DNA of 64,000 nt from Promethearchaeota archaeon (GCA_030603385.1 JAUVXW010000010.1:1-64000), one strand, 5' to 3'; counted from the first letter of the stretch, positions 29,602-39,798 are shown. Notes: generated from the sequence alone by a model not told the origin. Translations and numbers: made by a program.

Positions 29602-31428
29602 CTATTTGTTTAATTCTTCTAATATTAATTTAGCTAATTTTTTTCCTACAATTTGAGATATTTCTTCTTGAGTAGCTTTTTTAATATTAGCAACACTTCC
29701 AAAGTGATTAAGTAATTTATTGCGTGTAATTGGACCTACCCCTTCAATATCATCTAATATAGAGCGAGTTATACGTTTTTTCCTTTGCTTTTTATGAAGT
29801 CTGACAGCGAAGCGATGAGCCTCGTCTCTAACTCGTTGGAATAATTTTAAAAGAGGTGAATTTTTAGGAAGTATAATTGGATCTTTCTTATTGGGAATAT
29901 AGATTTCCTCATATTTTTTAGCTAATCCAATTATTGGTATTTCAAGACCTAGCTCTTGTAACACAGAAACCCCTGCATTCAATTGACCTTTTCCCCCATC
30001 AACTACTATTAAATCGGGAAGCTCTAAATTTCTCTTTAAAACCATCGTATATCTTCTTTTTAACACTTCTCTAATCATTGCTACATCATCAGGTGTCGAT
30101 TTGGTTCTAATTTTAAAATGTCTATAATTTTTATTATAAGGTCTTGCTTCTAAAAAATAAACCATTGAACCAGTTGCATCCTTACCTTCAATATTAGAGA
30201 TATCAAAACCTTCAATAATCCGAGGTTCTTTTGGGAGGTTCAGTATTTCTTTTGCTTCTTTTAAGACTACTTCTCTGAAATCCGTCTCATCCATTCTAAT
30301 ATGCTCCATTTGTAATTGCTGTTGAACTATAACCCTGGCGTTTTTATTTGCAATTCTAATTAAGCTTGTTTCATAATCATCGATTGGAGCTCTAATCTGT
30401 ATCTCCTTTTTTGTATCCTTTAAATAATTGATTAGAACATTAAGCTTTTCCTTTATTTCAGGAACTATTATTGCTTCAGGCAATTGTGTTTTAAAATCTT
30501 GATAATATTGTTCTAAAATTGAAGTAAAAATCTCGCCTTTTTGCCCTACTTTTTCTCTTAAATCAAAATCAAAAGATTTTTTGTTTATTATTCTACCTTC
30601 CCTAATGTGAATTATAACCATTGCCAAAAAGTTTTCCTCACTACTATATCCAATAATATCCTTATTAGATTCATAGTCTAGAAAAACATGTTGTTCATCG
30701 GTTGCATGATCAATATCATCTAGTTTATCTCTCCAAAAAGCTGCTACTTCATATTCTTGTTCTCTTACGGCTTTACTCATTTTTTCTTCAATTTCGTTTT
30801 TTAATTGACCTGTTTCTCCTTTTAAAAACAATTCGATTTTTTTAATATTATCTCGATATTCCTCTTTAGTAATTTCAGTGAAACATGGGCCCGGACAGAG
30901 TTTTAATTGGTAATATAAGCATGGTCTTCTTCTTTTTTTAATCGGTTTTTTACATGAACAATAGGGAAAAATCTTTCTTAAATCTCTTAGTATTCTAATA
31001 ATCTCCTTTTTATCTGTGTATGGTCCTAAAAATAAATTTTCCTTAGAAAATTTTTCAGGATTTCTTATTACTCTTATTCGAGGAAAGTCTTCACTGTAAA
31101 AGATTCCCACCCAGGGATAAGATTTAGAATCCCTCATAATTACATTATATCGGGGAAGGTGTTTTTTAATCTGAATATGTTCTAAGAGCAGCGCTTCTTT
31201 TTCATTTTCGGTGACTATATATTCAATAGAGTTAATCTTACTTACTAATTCTTTAATTTTTTCTTCATAGTAGGGATCATTAAAACTCGTTTTTAAAAAA
31301 TATTGATTGACCCTTTTTCTCAAATTGATAGCTTTGCCAATGTATATTATAGAACCCTCTTTATCTGCGAATAGATAAACTCCGGGTTCATTTGGTAAAC
31401 TCTTTCTCTGCAGTTCTAAATCCTTCAT
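29602..31428 (-). CDS. uvrC: Excinuclease ABC subunit C
   Basis: GIY-YIG (PGVYLF...YIGKA), EGFDISN, VDGGKGQ, RDEAHRFA and C-terminal HhH. Confidence 0.97.
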   Translation of the reverse strand: MKDLELQRKSLPNEPGVYLFADKEGSIIYIGKAINLRKRVNQYFLKTSFNDPYYEEKIKELVSKINSIEYIVTENEKEALLLEHIQIKKHLPRYNVIMRDSKSYPWVGIFYSEDFPRIRVIRNPEKFSKENLFLGPYTDKKEIIRILRDLRKIFPYCSCKKPIKKRRRPCLYYQLKLCPGPCFTEITKEEYRDNIKKIELFLKGETGQLKNEIEEKMSKAVREQEYEVAAFWRDKLDDIDHATDEQHVFLDYESNKDIIGYSSEENFLAMVIIHIREGRIINKKSFDFDLREKVGQKGEIFTSILEQYYQDFKTQLPEAIIVPEIKEKLNVLINYLKDTKKEIQIRAPIDDYETSLIRIANKNARVIVQQQLQMEHIRMDETDFREVVLKEAKEILNLPKEPRIIEGFDISNIEGKDATGSMVYFLEARPYNKNYRHFKIRTKSTPDDVAMIREVLKRRYTMVLKRNLELPDLIVVDGGKGQLNAGVSVLQELGLEIPIIGLAKKYEEIYIPNKKDPIILPKNSPLLKLFQRVRDEAHRFAVRLHKKQRKKRITRSILDDIEGVGPITRNKLLNHFGSVANIKKATQEEISQIVGKKLAKLILEELNK

Positions 31429-31687
31429 ATAAGGGAAAAAATTCTAGAATATCATTCTATTAAATTATCTATATTCAACAACAAGTAGAATGTACTGTTA
31501 TTAAATAGTAAGAGAGGATAAATTTAATTTGTTGTTATAAAATTGAAATAATTTCCTTATAGAGCCGATATTATGCTATAATTAGATCTTAATTATAATT
31601 TTAGTATTTCCTAATTAAAAATTTATAAAAAGATAATTATACTTAATATGTAATTGTTCTTAAGGAGAAAAATTTTAATTAAAAATT

Positions 31688-31873
31688 ATGGTAAACATTA
31701 GAATTTGTCCAAAATGTAAAGAACCATCATTAAAAAGTGCTGTTAATGTCTCGGGGTGGTTAGCACCTAACATGTTGGAATGCACTAAATGCGGTTATAT
31801 CGGATATTTTTATATTGAGATTGATCCTGAGGATTTTCAATTGGATCAGGAAGATCCTACTGACGATAAATAA
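31688..31873 (+). CDS. Small zinc-ribbon protein
   Basis: CPKC...CTKCGY with an acidic tail. Confidence 0.7.
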   Translation: MVNIRICPKCKEPSLKSAVNVSGWLAPNMLECTKCGYIGYFYIEIDPEDFQLDQEDPTDDK

Positions 31874-31948
31874 GAAACTGAAGAATATTAAATTTTTTAA
31901 ATTATTATTTCTATAATCCTTAAAGAATAAAATAAAAAGTGCTTAAAA

Positions 31949-32881
31949 ATGGAGCAATTATTAAAAGATGCCGAAAGAATTAAGTCTTTAGAAATTCAAG
32001 GGGCGACAAATATAGCAATTAACGCGATTCAATTTTTAAGTGATTTTGCGAAAAGATTAAAATCTGACAATCTTGAGATGTGCTTTGAAAATCTGTACAA
32101 AGCAGTAGACATCTTAATTGATACAAGACCTACAGAACCTGCTATGAAAAACGGTTTGAAATATATTATGAGTAAACTAGAAAAAGAAAAAGAAAGTTGT
32201 TATGCAGAATTTATTTCAGATGTAATAGAAAAATACAAAAACCAATATTATGATATGCTTCAAACTGCAAAAAAAAGAATTGCTATAATAGGTGCTCGAC
32301 GAATTCCTGATGTTGATAAAAAATTCAATGTGATGACTCATTGTCACTCAAGTTTAGTTACAGCTATTTTCTTAAAAGCTAAAAGTCAAAATAAGAACTT
32401 CAAGGTAATTAATACAGAAACACAACCAAGATTACAAGGTAGGAAAACAGCAAACAAGTTAGTAGATGCGGGTATAGAGGTCACTCATGTTATTGATAGT
32501 GCTATGAGGTGGGCGGTAAGACATTTTGAAGTTAATTTAATTATAATTGGAGCGGATAGTATAACAAGTGAGGGAACTATAATCAATAAAATAGGCTCAA
32601 GGTTACTAGCATTAGTAGCCCATGAGGAACATGTTCCTTTTTATGTCGCTTCTCCACTATTAAAATACAATCCAGAAACAAATCTTGGAATTTTAGAAAC
32701 CATCGAAATGAGAGATCCAAAGGAGGTATGGGAAAAACCTCCTAAAGGAATTGAAGTTTTAAATCCAGCTTTCGAAACTGTATCTCGACGATATATAGAT
32801 GGATTAATCACTGAAGCTGGAATTTTTGCTTCGAGCCATATACCAAATTATTTTGAAAAATGGTATCCAGAAATGATATAA
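31949..32881 (+). CDS. Ribose-1,5-bisphosphate isomerase (eIF2B family)
   Basis: Motifs EIQGA, TRPTEP, MTHCHS, GADSI..NKIGS and NPAFE; adjacent to RuBisCO. Confidence 0.9.
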   Translation: MEQLLKDAERIKSLEIQGATNIAINAIQFLSDFAKRLKSDNLEMCFENLYKAVDILIDTRPTEPAMKNGLKYIMSKLEKEKESCYAEFISDVIEKYKNQYYDMLQTAKKRIAIIGARRIPDVDKKFNVMTHCHSSLVTAIFLKAKSQNKNFKVINTETQPRLQGRKTANKLVDAGIEVTHVIDSAMRWAVRHFEVNLIIIGADSITSEGTIINKIGSRLLALVAHEEHVPFYVASPLLKYNPETNLGILETIEMRDPKEVWEKPPKGIEVLNPAFETVSRRYIDGLITEAGIFASSHIPNYFEKWYPEMI

Positions 32882-32898
32882 TAATTTCTTATATACAT

Positions 32899-34173
32899 TC
32901 AACCCCATTTTTTAAGAGCTCTAGCTAATTCAATATGATCTTTTGCATACTCTGTTAAGTTATAACCTTTCAGAACAGAGGATAATGATTGTCTTATAGC
33001 ACGAGCTCCAGCTTCAGTTCCATCAGGATGACCATGACATCCTCCACCAAATTGATAAACCATATCTTTTCCTAATATTTCCATTAGTTCTGGAATATGC
33101 AGCGGACTTAAGCCCCCGGAAGCAACTGGTAATGTTGGTTTAATACTATACCAATCCTGATCAAGCATCGTTAAATTATTGCCCACAATTTTTTGTTCTG
33201 TAATAGTTTTATTGATTTCTACAACTTCTTGCCGTCCTCCTTCCATTTTTCCAACAACCGTTCCAGTATGTAATTGATCCATTCCTATTAATCTCATTAA
33301 TTTAGCTAAAGCTAACATTGTCATTCCATGTTTTTTATTTCTAGTAATAGCCGCATGCATTGCCCTATGTGCATGTATCACTACGTTCTTATCATCTAGA
33401 TATTCTCTAATTTCTTGGAGAGCTGAAAAACCGACAGTTAAAATATCTAACATAATATATTCTCCTCCATGTTCAATAACAAAATCAGCTCTTTTTTTCA
33501 TTGTAGTTAATGGTGCTGTTATATTGGGCATATATATCTTCTTTTCTCCGGTCTCGTTTTCTATATTATCTCGAATTTTTAGAGTCTCTTTAATTCTTTT
33601 CTCGAACTTATTAAAAGACATACTTGTTAAGTTTTCATCATCTTTAACAACATCTAAACCTCCGCTCCAAGCTTGGCCACATACATTTGCATGTTCAATT
33701 TCATTCAACCCAACCTTTGGTTTAACAATTGTTCCAAGGAGAGGCCGTTTTTCTATTTTTGTTAATTTTCTAATTCCCTCAATACCAAATTTTGGTCCTT
33801 TATAGGCAGAAACTATACTTTTAGGAAAAGATATATCTAACAATCTTAGATGCTTTAGTGCTTTCATTCCAAATATATTTCCTGCTATGGCACTTAAAAT
33901 TTGTGGTAAGTTATCCGCTTCAAATAGCTCCTTTGTGTAAGCAATTTTTACTACATTGTTTTCTGCATCAATGTAGAATGCTGATGGCTTAAGTCGTTTA
34001 GCAATATCTGCAGATAAAGTGGCAATTTCAGTCCATGTTCCAATTGAGCTTTCTTTAGCAATTTCTTCGCATGCCTGCTCTAAGTCTTTGCATTCAGATG
34101 ATTTTTCTACATAATACATAGCGATAAGGTCATCATTATTTGGTTTATAGTCTAAATTTACATAGTTCACCAA
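32899..34173 (-). CDS. rbcL: RuBisCO large subunit, form III
   Basis: Motifs ESSIGTWT, GTIVKPKVG, KDDE, HAHRAMH, GKMEG, SGG and GGGCHGHPDG. Confidence 0.96.
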   Translation of the reverse strand: MVNYVNLDYKPNNDDLIAMYYVEKSSECKDLEQACEEIAKESSIGTWTEIATLSADIAKRLKPSAFYIDAENNVVKIAYTKELFEADNLPQILSAIAGNIFGMKALKHLRLLDISFPKSIVSAYKGPKFGIEGIRKLTKIEKRPLLGTIVKPKVGLNEIEHANVCGQAWSGGLDVVKDDENLTSMSFNKFEKRIKETLKIRDNIENETGEKKIYMPNITAPLTTMKKRADFVIEHGGEYIMLDILTVGFSALQEIREYLDDKNVVIHAHRAMHAAITRNKKHGMTMLALAKLMRLIGMDQLHTGTVVGKMEGGRQEVVEINKTITEQKIVGNNLTMLDQDWYSIKPTLPVASGGLSPLHIPELMEILGKDMVYQFGGGCHGHPDGTEAGARAIRQSLSSVLKGYNLTEYAKDHIELARALKKWG

Positions 34174-34281
34174 TTTATTTCACCACTACACATTTGAAAT
34201 TTAATTTATTACGACAAAATCGAAATTTCTCAAAAAAAAATTAGTATAATCATTTATGGTATATATTCAGAGGAATTTTAC

Positions 34282-34555
34282 TTATTTTTTTACCCATAAA
34301 AATTTTTTCTAAATTTAACTATAAAAATGATACAAAATCTTTAAATCTATGTGAGATTTGACTTTTTCCATAAAACCAAAAAAATCGTGAAATTCCAAAT
34401 TAAGAACGGGAAATTTAAGAGTTTTGTGTTTTGGATAAAATAATTGTAGTAATAGCATTTTACTTAATTTTTAGAAAAATCTTTATTTTTTATTAAAATC
34501 ATAGGTTTAGTTTTTTTAAAGTTAACTTTATTTTTTTACCCATAAAAATTTTTTC
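34282..34555. repeat. Exact 28-bp direct repeat TTATTTTTTTACCCATAAAAATTTTTTC in an 800-bp AT-rich intergenic region
   Basis: Copies at 34282-34309 and 34528-34555. Confidence 0.85.
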
Positions 34556-34973
34556 AAGACTAAAAAACATACGTTTTAAAGCTAAATTAGAACCCTTTTT
34601 TCTTTTCTTAATTTCCATATTAAAACTAAATTAAAATCATCTTAAAACCCTATTAAATTAACCTATAGTATGTGCATTATATTGGTATATCATACAATAT
34701 TCCAGCTATATTATTAGTAAATCAATAGCTAATATATCTTTTATTATTTTTATCGGGATTTTATATCAATTAATTAGATTAGATTATACTAAGGTTGTAG
34801 TTAATTAAACTAAAATTGTAATTAATTAAACAAATTTGTTTATTTTCTTAAAAAAAACGTGTAGTTGATATAGTTCTTTTTAAAATAGGTTTTAGGTTAA
34901 ATATAAAAAAAAAATTAAAAAAAAAATTTTAAAAAAAAAAATTAAAAATTAAGAGAAAAGGAAGTAATATAAA

Positions 34974-35324
34974 ATGAGTAATCAGAAAAATGTATTAGAG
35001 ATATTGAAAGAGAATAAGGATGGTTTAACTATTCCCGATTTAGATACTTTATATGAATCAAAATACGGAAGAAGGCTTGGACACAGCCTTTATAGTTATC
35101 TTCACCGATTAATGCATATAGAAGTAGTAGAGCAATTTATACCAAAAATAAGAACGGGGAAGCTTATTGGATATAAAGCCACCGAAAAAGCGTGGGAAGA
35201 GGAACGTAGAGAGGAAGCATTGGAGTTATTAGAAATATTTAAAAATATGACAAACAGAGGAGCTATTAAGTATTATAAAGGTAAAATAACTCAAGATGAA
35301 ATAGATAAATTAGAGGGATTTTAA
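34974..35324 (+). CDS. Winged-helix DNA-binding protein
   Basis: VLEILK...GLTIPDL...LYSYLHRL...VVE...GYKATEKA matches a wHTH pattern. Confidence 0.65.
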   Translation: MSNQKNVLEILKENKDGLTIPDLDTLYESKYGRRLGHSLYSYLHRLMHIEVVEQFIPKIRTGKLIGYKATEKAWEEERREEALELLEIFKNMTNRGAIKYYKGKITQDEIDKLEGF

Positions 35325-35705
35325 TTGAAACTGCAATTTGTAGAAGATGAACAAAATGAAGCCTCAGAGCCTCTAATACCAAAAGAAAAAAGCACCGATT
35401 TTAAGACTATTTCAGAGCCTAAAGAAATCTTATCAGCTCACGATATTAAAGAATCACCAATCATTTCAAAACCGAATTTTGTCGGGCAAAATAATACAAA
35501 AACAAATCCAACTATTCCTAAAACTAATAATATATGTCCTAAGTGTAATAAAAGAATTAAAATAACTCAAGATAAAAGTATGAACAAGGATGAAATAATT
35601 CAATGGTTTACTACATTCATCAATAGAAATAAAGATAATTTCACATTAGATTGGCTTAGAGGGCAAAAGCTAACATTTGAGAGCATTTATGAAATGAGAA
35701 AATAA
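35325..35705 (+). CDS. Hypothetical protein (single CPKC), coupled to the upstream wHTH gene
   Basis: Begins immediately after the upstream stop; low-complexity N-terminal half. Confidence 0.55.
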   Translation: MKLQFVEDEQNEASEPLIPKEKSTDFKTISEPKEILSAHDIKESPIISKPNFVGQNNTKTNPTIPKTNNICPKCNKRIKITQDKSMNKDEIIQWFTTFINRNKDNFTLDWLRGQKLTFESIYEMRK

Positions 35706-35912
35706 TAGTATAATTTTTTTTTACCAATCTAAGCCTAATCAGCAATAATGTGGATTCATAATAACTTTAAATGTGAGAGTTGTGAATTGTAATTTTTCTT
35801 TTAGCTCAATTGATAAATTTAAACTTTTAATGACAAATAAGTATAAATATTAGTCTTAAATAATAGATTATCGACAAATAATAAAATTTAATAAATTTTT
35901 GATGAAACTAAA

Positions 35913-37811
35913 ATGAAATCAAGTGCAAATTCAAAAATCATTATTTTAATCACTTTAGGAATCCTTTTCGCTTTCTCACCTATAATTACCACTAATCTTA
36001 GTTTAATAATGGGCAGTAGTACCAAAAGTTCGGACTATAATAAAAATCTACAAATCTCAGCAGTATCGGGAAAAATTCATATCATGAATAATTCAGGATG
36101 GGCTGCTTTTAGAAGTGATGGAAATTGTACGGGCAATGGTACTTATTCCGAACCTTATGTCATAGAAGATTTGGTAATAGATGGCGAAGGCTCGGGAAAT
36201 TGTATCGAGATTGAAAATTCCGATGTGTTCTTTAAGATTGAAAATTGCACCGTCTACAATTCAGGAGATTCACCTAATGCGGGAATTCGATTATCATATG
36301 TTAACAATTCCCAATTAATTAATAACAATTGTTCATCTAATTATTATGGGATACGGTTATCTTCTAGTAAGTATAACAACATTTCGGGAAACACTGCAAG
36401 GAACAACACTTTTTGTGGAATACTGTTATCTTCTAGTAATTATAACAACATATCGGGAAATAACGCAAGTTTCAACACTTATCATGGGATATGGTTACAT
36501 TATAGTCAATATAACGACATTTCGGGAAACACCGCAAATAACAACTATAGGAATGGGATATGGTTATTTGATAGTGATAATAACATCATTTCGGGAAATA
36601 ACGCAAGCTACAACACCAATAATGGGATATGGTTATCTTCTAGTAATTATAACAACATTTCGGGAAATAATGCAAGCTACAACACTTATCTTGGGATAGA
36701 GTTAACTTTTAGTAATTATAACGACATTTCGGGAAATAACGCAAGTTACAACACTTATTTTGGGATATATTTAAGATCTAGTGATAATAATATCATCGTA
36801 ATAAACACAATTAATAATAATTCGGTTGGTATTAAGCTATATCATTCTATGCACAATGAAGTCTTAAATAACAGTTTTAGCGGTAATGGAGAGGATATTC
36901 AAGAAGTTTCCAGTAATAGTAATGGAGATCAATTTCCTCTTGAAATTGCAATAATAATAGTAGTGATTCTCATTGTCATTACAATGTCCATAGCGGGGAT
37001 GCTTATTACAAGAAGAAGATTGTCTAGGGATAAAGTTATTTCAGATGAAGAATCAGGAGCAATTGAGATCACCGATGAGGGAATAATAAGCCTTTTCTAT
37101 AATTCTGTTACTTTGCTAATTATTGGATGTATATTATCTCTGGTCTCATTTCTTCATCTTCGTGATCTAGTATATCCTATCTCCTATGTAGGAGTTATAA
37201 TTGGTATCATTGGATTAGTAGGGATTATTGCATATAAACTCGACCCAGAAAAAATGAAAAAATATTATTATCTATCTCGTGCAATGCTTTGGATTGGATG
37301 GACATTATTCATTGTTTTCTATTTTGGTATTTATATTTTTTTTTGGATTTTATATTTTATTCCAATCGTGATTGGCGTCATTGGATTATGTGGTCTATTA
37401 CTGCTCATATTTAAACCAAAAAAGTATATCGAACTAAGGAAGAAACGGAAAAGGAAAGAAAAAATGGGAAGAAGAAATCTAAGCATTGGTTTTAGTTTGA
37501 TTGGTGGATTATTGGGTATAATTATAGGAATCTTTTTAGGATTGTGGGGGTGGGGGCATCCTATGTTCTATTATATGGCAGTAATCAGTATGGTCGCCAT
37601 AATTGGAGCGATTATTGAATCGATAAATCGAATTGTTGGAAGTATTATTTGCTTAATTTCAGGAATTACAATTTTAATTACTTTAAATATTTATATATTC
37701 CTTATTATAATAGCCCCTTTACCTCCCCTTTTAATCATAGTTGGTGGCGTACTCGGTATTTTGGAAGGCATACTCGGTATTTTGGAAGCAAGAAAAGCAA
37801 AAAAAAGTTGA
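35913..37811 (+). CDS. Secreted/membrane NosD/CASH parallel beta-helix protein with a multi-TM C-terminus
   Basis: Signal peptide, GNGTYSEPYVIEDL, 22-aa repeats GIxLxxSxYNNISGNNASYN and about 9 TM segments. Confidence 0.88.
   Translation: MKSSANSKIIILITLGILFAFSPIITTNLSLIMGSSTKSSDYNKNLQISAVSGKIHIMNNSGWAAFRSDGNCTGNGTYSEPYVIEDLVIDGEGSGNCIEIENSDVFFKIENCTVYNSGDSPNAGIRLSYVNNSQLINNNCSSNYYGIRLSSSKYNNISGNTARNNTFCGILLSSSNYNNISGNNASFNTYHGIWLHYSQYNDISGNTANNNYRNGIWLFDSDNNIISGNNASYNTNNGIWLSSSNYNNISGNNASYNTYLGIELTFSNYNDISGNNASYNTYFGIYLRSSDNNIIVINTINNNSVGIKLYHSMHNEVLNNSFSGNGEDIQEVSSNSNGDQFPLEIAIIIVVILIVITMSIAGMLITRRRLSRDKVISDEESGAIEITDEGIISLFYNSVTLLIIGCILSLVSFLHLRDLVYPISYVGVIIGIIGLVGIIAYKLDPEKMKKYYYLSRAMLWIGWTLFIVFYFGIYIFFWILYFIPIVIGVIGLCGLLLLIFKPKKYIELRKKRKRKEKMGRRNLSIGFSLIGGLLGIIIGIFLGLWGWGHPMFYYMAVISMVAIIGAIIESINRIVGSIICLISGITILITLNIYIFLIIIAPLPPLLIIVGGVLGILEGILGILEARKAKKS
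36340..36800 (+). repeat. 66-bp coding tandem repeats (beta-helix coils)
   Basis: TCGGGAAA recurs every 66 bp from 36383 to about 36729. Confidence 0.85.
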
Positions 37812-38048
37812 AAATAATTAAGAATTAAATCTATTTTTTCACCCGTCTCAACCTAATCAATAAAAATGTTAAATATTTATCATAACCATTATTTACATAT
37901 TAGATTTTACCATTTTAGGGAAAATAATTATATCCATTATTGCAATCATTATAAGTAAAAAGCTGAGGAAATCTTAATTACTGCTTAATTTACTTTTTTA
38001 TTTCATTTTTTTAGAATATTTAGTTCTTAACCCTCTTTATTACTATTT

Positions 38049-38252
38049 TTAAGTATCCAAATCTAAAAGAAGTTCCTCTGCGAACTCTTCTAACCATTCT
38101 AATTGTCCTTTTCCTTTTTTACTTAGATTATATTCAAAGGGGTGTTTATAGGGACTATATTTCCGTCTTATTAATCCATTTTTGCGATAGTGTCGAATAG
38201 AACTATTTACAATTTTAATGTCTATATTGCTTCTACAAAGGATTGTTACTAA
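38049..38252 (-). pseudogene. Startless winged-helix gene fragment
   Basis: Manual translation LVTILCRSNIDIKIVNSSIRHYRKNGLIRRKYSPYKHPFEYNLSKKGKGQLEWLEE...DT*; an in-frame TGA lies immediately upstream and there is no ATG/GTG. Confidence 0.6.
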
Positions 38253-38384
38253 TCAATAAGGTATATGGTTTTATAAAATTAACTAAGAAAACTCTAAATA
38301 TATACTACAATTGAGTATAATGAATTATAATATTAAAAGCATAAAAAATTAATAATATTTTTAATTATATTACAGAGTGATTTA

Positions 38385-38699
38385 ATGATGAGTGAAGATG
38401 AAAGTAAAACAATTACTATAAATGTCAAGGATTTAAGTTTTAAAAGCGATCAACACGTAGAGGATTTGGTAAGATTTTTAGCAGAAGCACTTCCAAAAAT
38501 CAACCTCAACCGTGATGGGAATGAGATTACAATCTCAATGCCAGTAAAATTGTCTAAAAGAGCTTTAAAGCTTAGAATTAAAAAATTCTTATATAAAAAG
38601 GGATTAAATAATGATTTCAGACCAATTTCATTAAAATTAAGTGATAAAGAAGGATATACAGTAAAGGAAAAGAAAATTATTGAGTTAAGCTATTACTAA
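38385..38699 (+). CDS. rpl22e: Ribosomal protein eL22 (L22e)
   Basis: LSKRALKLRIKKFLYKKGLNNDFRPI...GYTV aligns with the eukaryotic eL22 pattern FSKRYLKYLTKKYLKK..LRD.LR; known Asgard signature protein. Confidence 0.8.
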   Translation: MMSEDESKTITINVKDLSFKSDQHVEDLVRFLAEALPKINLNRDGNEITISMPVKLSKRALKLRIKKFLYKKGLNNDFRPISLKLSDKEGYTVKEKKIIELSYY

Positions 38700-38749
38700 T
38701 TCTTCTTCTTACTAAATATTATTATATAAAATAATAATTATATTTAGTT

Positions 38750-39724
38750 GTGTCTGTGAAAAAGACCAACCTCATATTATCCCTCGAATCAATAGATGAC
38801 TTGATGAGATGTATTAATTTAGCAAGTTTGTTGGAGGTAGCGGGTTGGCCTAAACCAGGGAATGTACATCGAACCAAAGACTTTGATAATACGAGATTTG
38901 AACATTTCTTAGGGGGAATAGCTGCTATTCAACCAACTTTTAGAAAATTTTGCGAAAAAATATTTCAATTATCATTTAACGATGATAAAAACTATAGATT
39001 TATAGAATTAGGGTTTTTCTTTAATGACGCTGCAGAACAGATGATAAAATGGCAAAGTGGAGGAAATGTTTTGCTTGGACACATTTTAATATTAGCGCCT
39101 CTTACTGCTGCGGCTATAATATGTCTAAAAACTAATAAAAATAATTTTTCCGATTTTAAATATTATTTAAATAAAATTATTGATGAAACCACGGTAGATG
39201 ATACAATTCATCTCTACAAAGCTATAAGAATATCTAATCCTGGAAGTTTAGGAAAGATCAAGAAGTATGATATCAATGATGAAAATTCACTTAGAGATAT
39301 TAGTGTAGACAAAATAAACTTAAAAAAAATTTTTGACCTATCCAAAGAATATGATTTAATTAGCTCTGAATATTCAACAGGATTCAGTATTATATTAAAC
39401 GAGGGATTACCTTACTTACTTAAAACTTTTAATCGATTTGGTGATCCAAATATAGCAACTGTAAATACTTTCTTAAAAATTCTTTCAGAGCATCCAGATA
39501 CACTCATAATAAGAAAATCAGGAATAGAATATGCACTTTATGTATCAAACTCTGCATCTAAAATATTACAAAATGGAGGAATTTCATCTGAAGAGGGTTT
39601 AGAACTAACTATTAAATTAGATAGAGAGCTACAAGAGAAAAAAGGGAAATCAAATCCAGGTACTACTGCAGATCTTATTGCGGGAGTTATTTTTTGTGCA
39701 TTGATCTTTGGACTAAGGTTATAG
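38750..39724 (+). CDS. citG: Triphosphoribosyl-dephospho-CoA synthase (CitG) family protein
   Basis: Motifs LLEVAGWPKPGNVHR, DTLIIRK and NPGTTADL. Confidence 0.88.
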   Translation: MSVKKTNLILSLESIDDLMRCINLASLLEVAGWPKPGNVHRTKDFDNTRFEHFLGGIAAIQPTFRKFCEKIFQLSFNDDKNYRFIELGFFFNDAAEQMIKWQSGGNVLLGHILILAPLTAAAIICLKTNKNNFSDFKYYLNKIIDETTVDDTIHLYKAIRISNPGSLGKIKKYDINDENSLRDISVDKINLKKIFDLSKEYDLISSEYSTGFSIILNEGLPYLLKTFNRFGDPNIATVNTFLKILSEHPDTLIIRKSGIEYALYVSNSASKILQNGGISSEEGLELTIKLDRELQEKKGKSNPGTTADLIAGVIFCALIFGLRL

Positions 39725-39798
39725 ATTCAAAAAAATTATTTGGTAGAATTAATTTATTTTATCTAGTTCTAAATCATATCTAGAAGGATCAAGACTTA

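Noticed and set aside
31949-32881. Annotating this gene as translation factor eIF2B
   Set aside because: The catalytic THC motif and adjacency to form III RuBisCO favour ribose-1,5-bisphosphate isomerase.
34174-34973. Chromosomal replication origin
   Set aside because: No ORB-like G-string boxes and no adjacent cdc6/orc1 gene.
36346-36699. 117-aa repetitive alternative-frame ORF, and the 66-bp repeats as a CRISPR array
   Set aside because: It is a shadow of the NosD coding repeats; there are no unique spacers and no cas genes.
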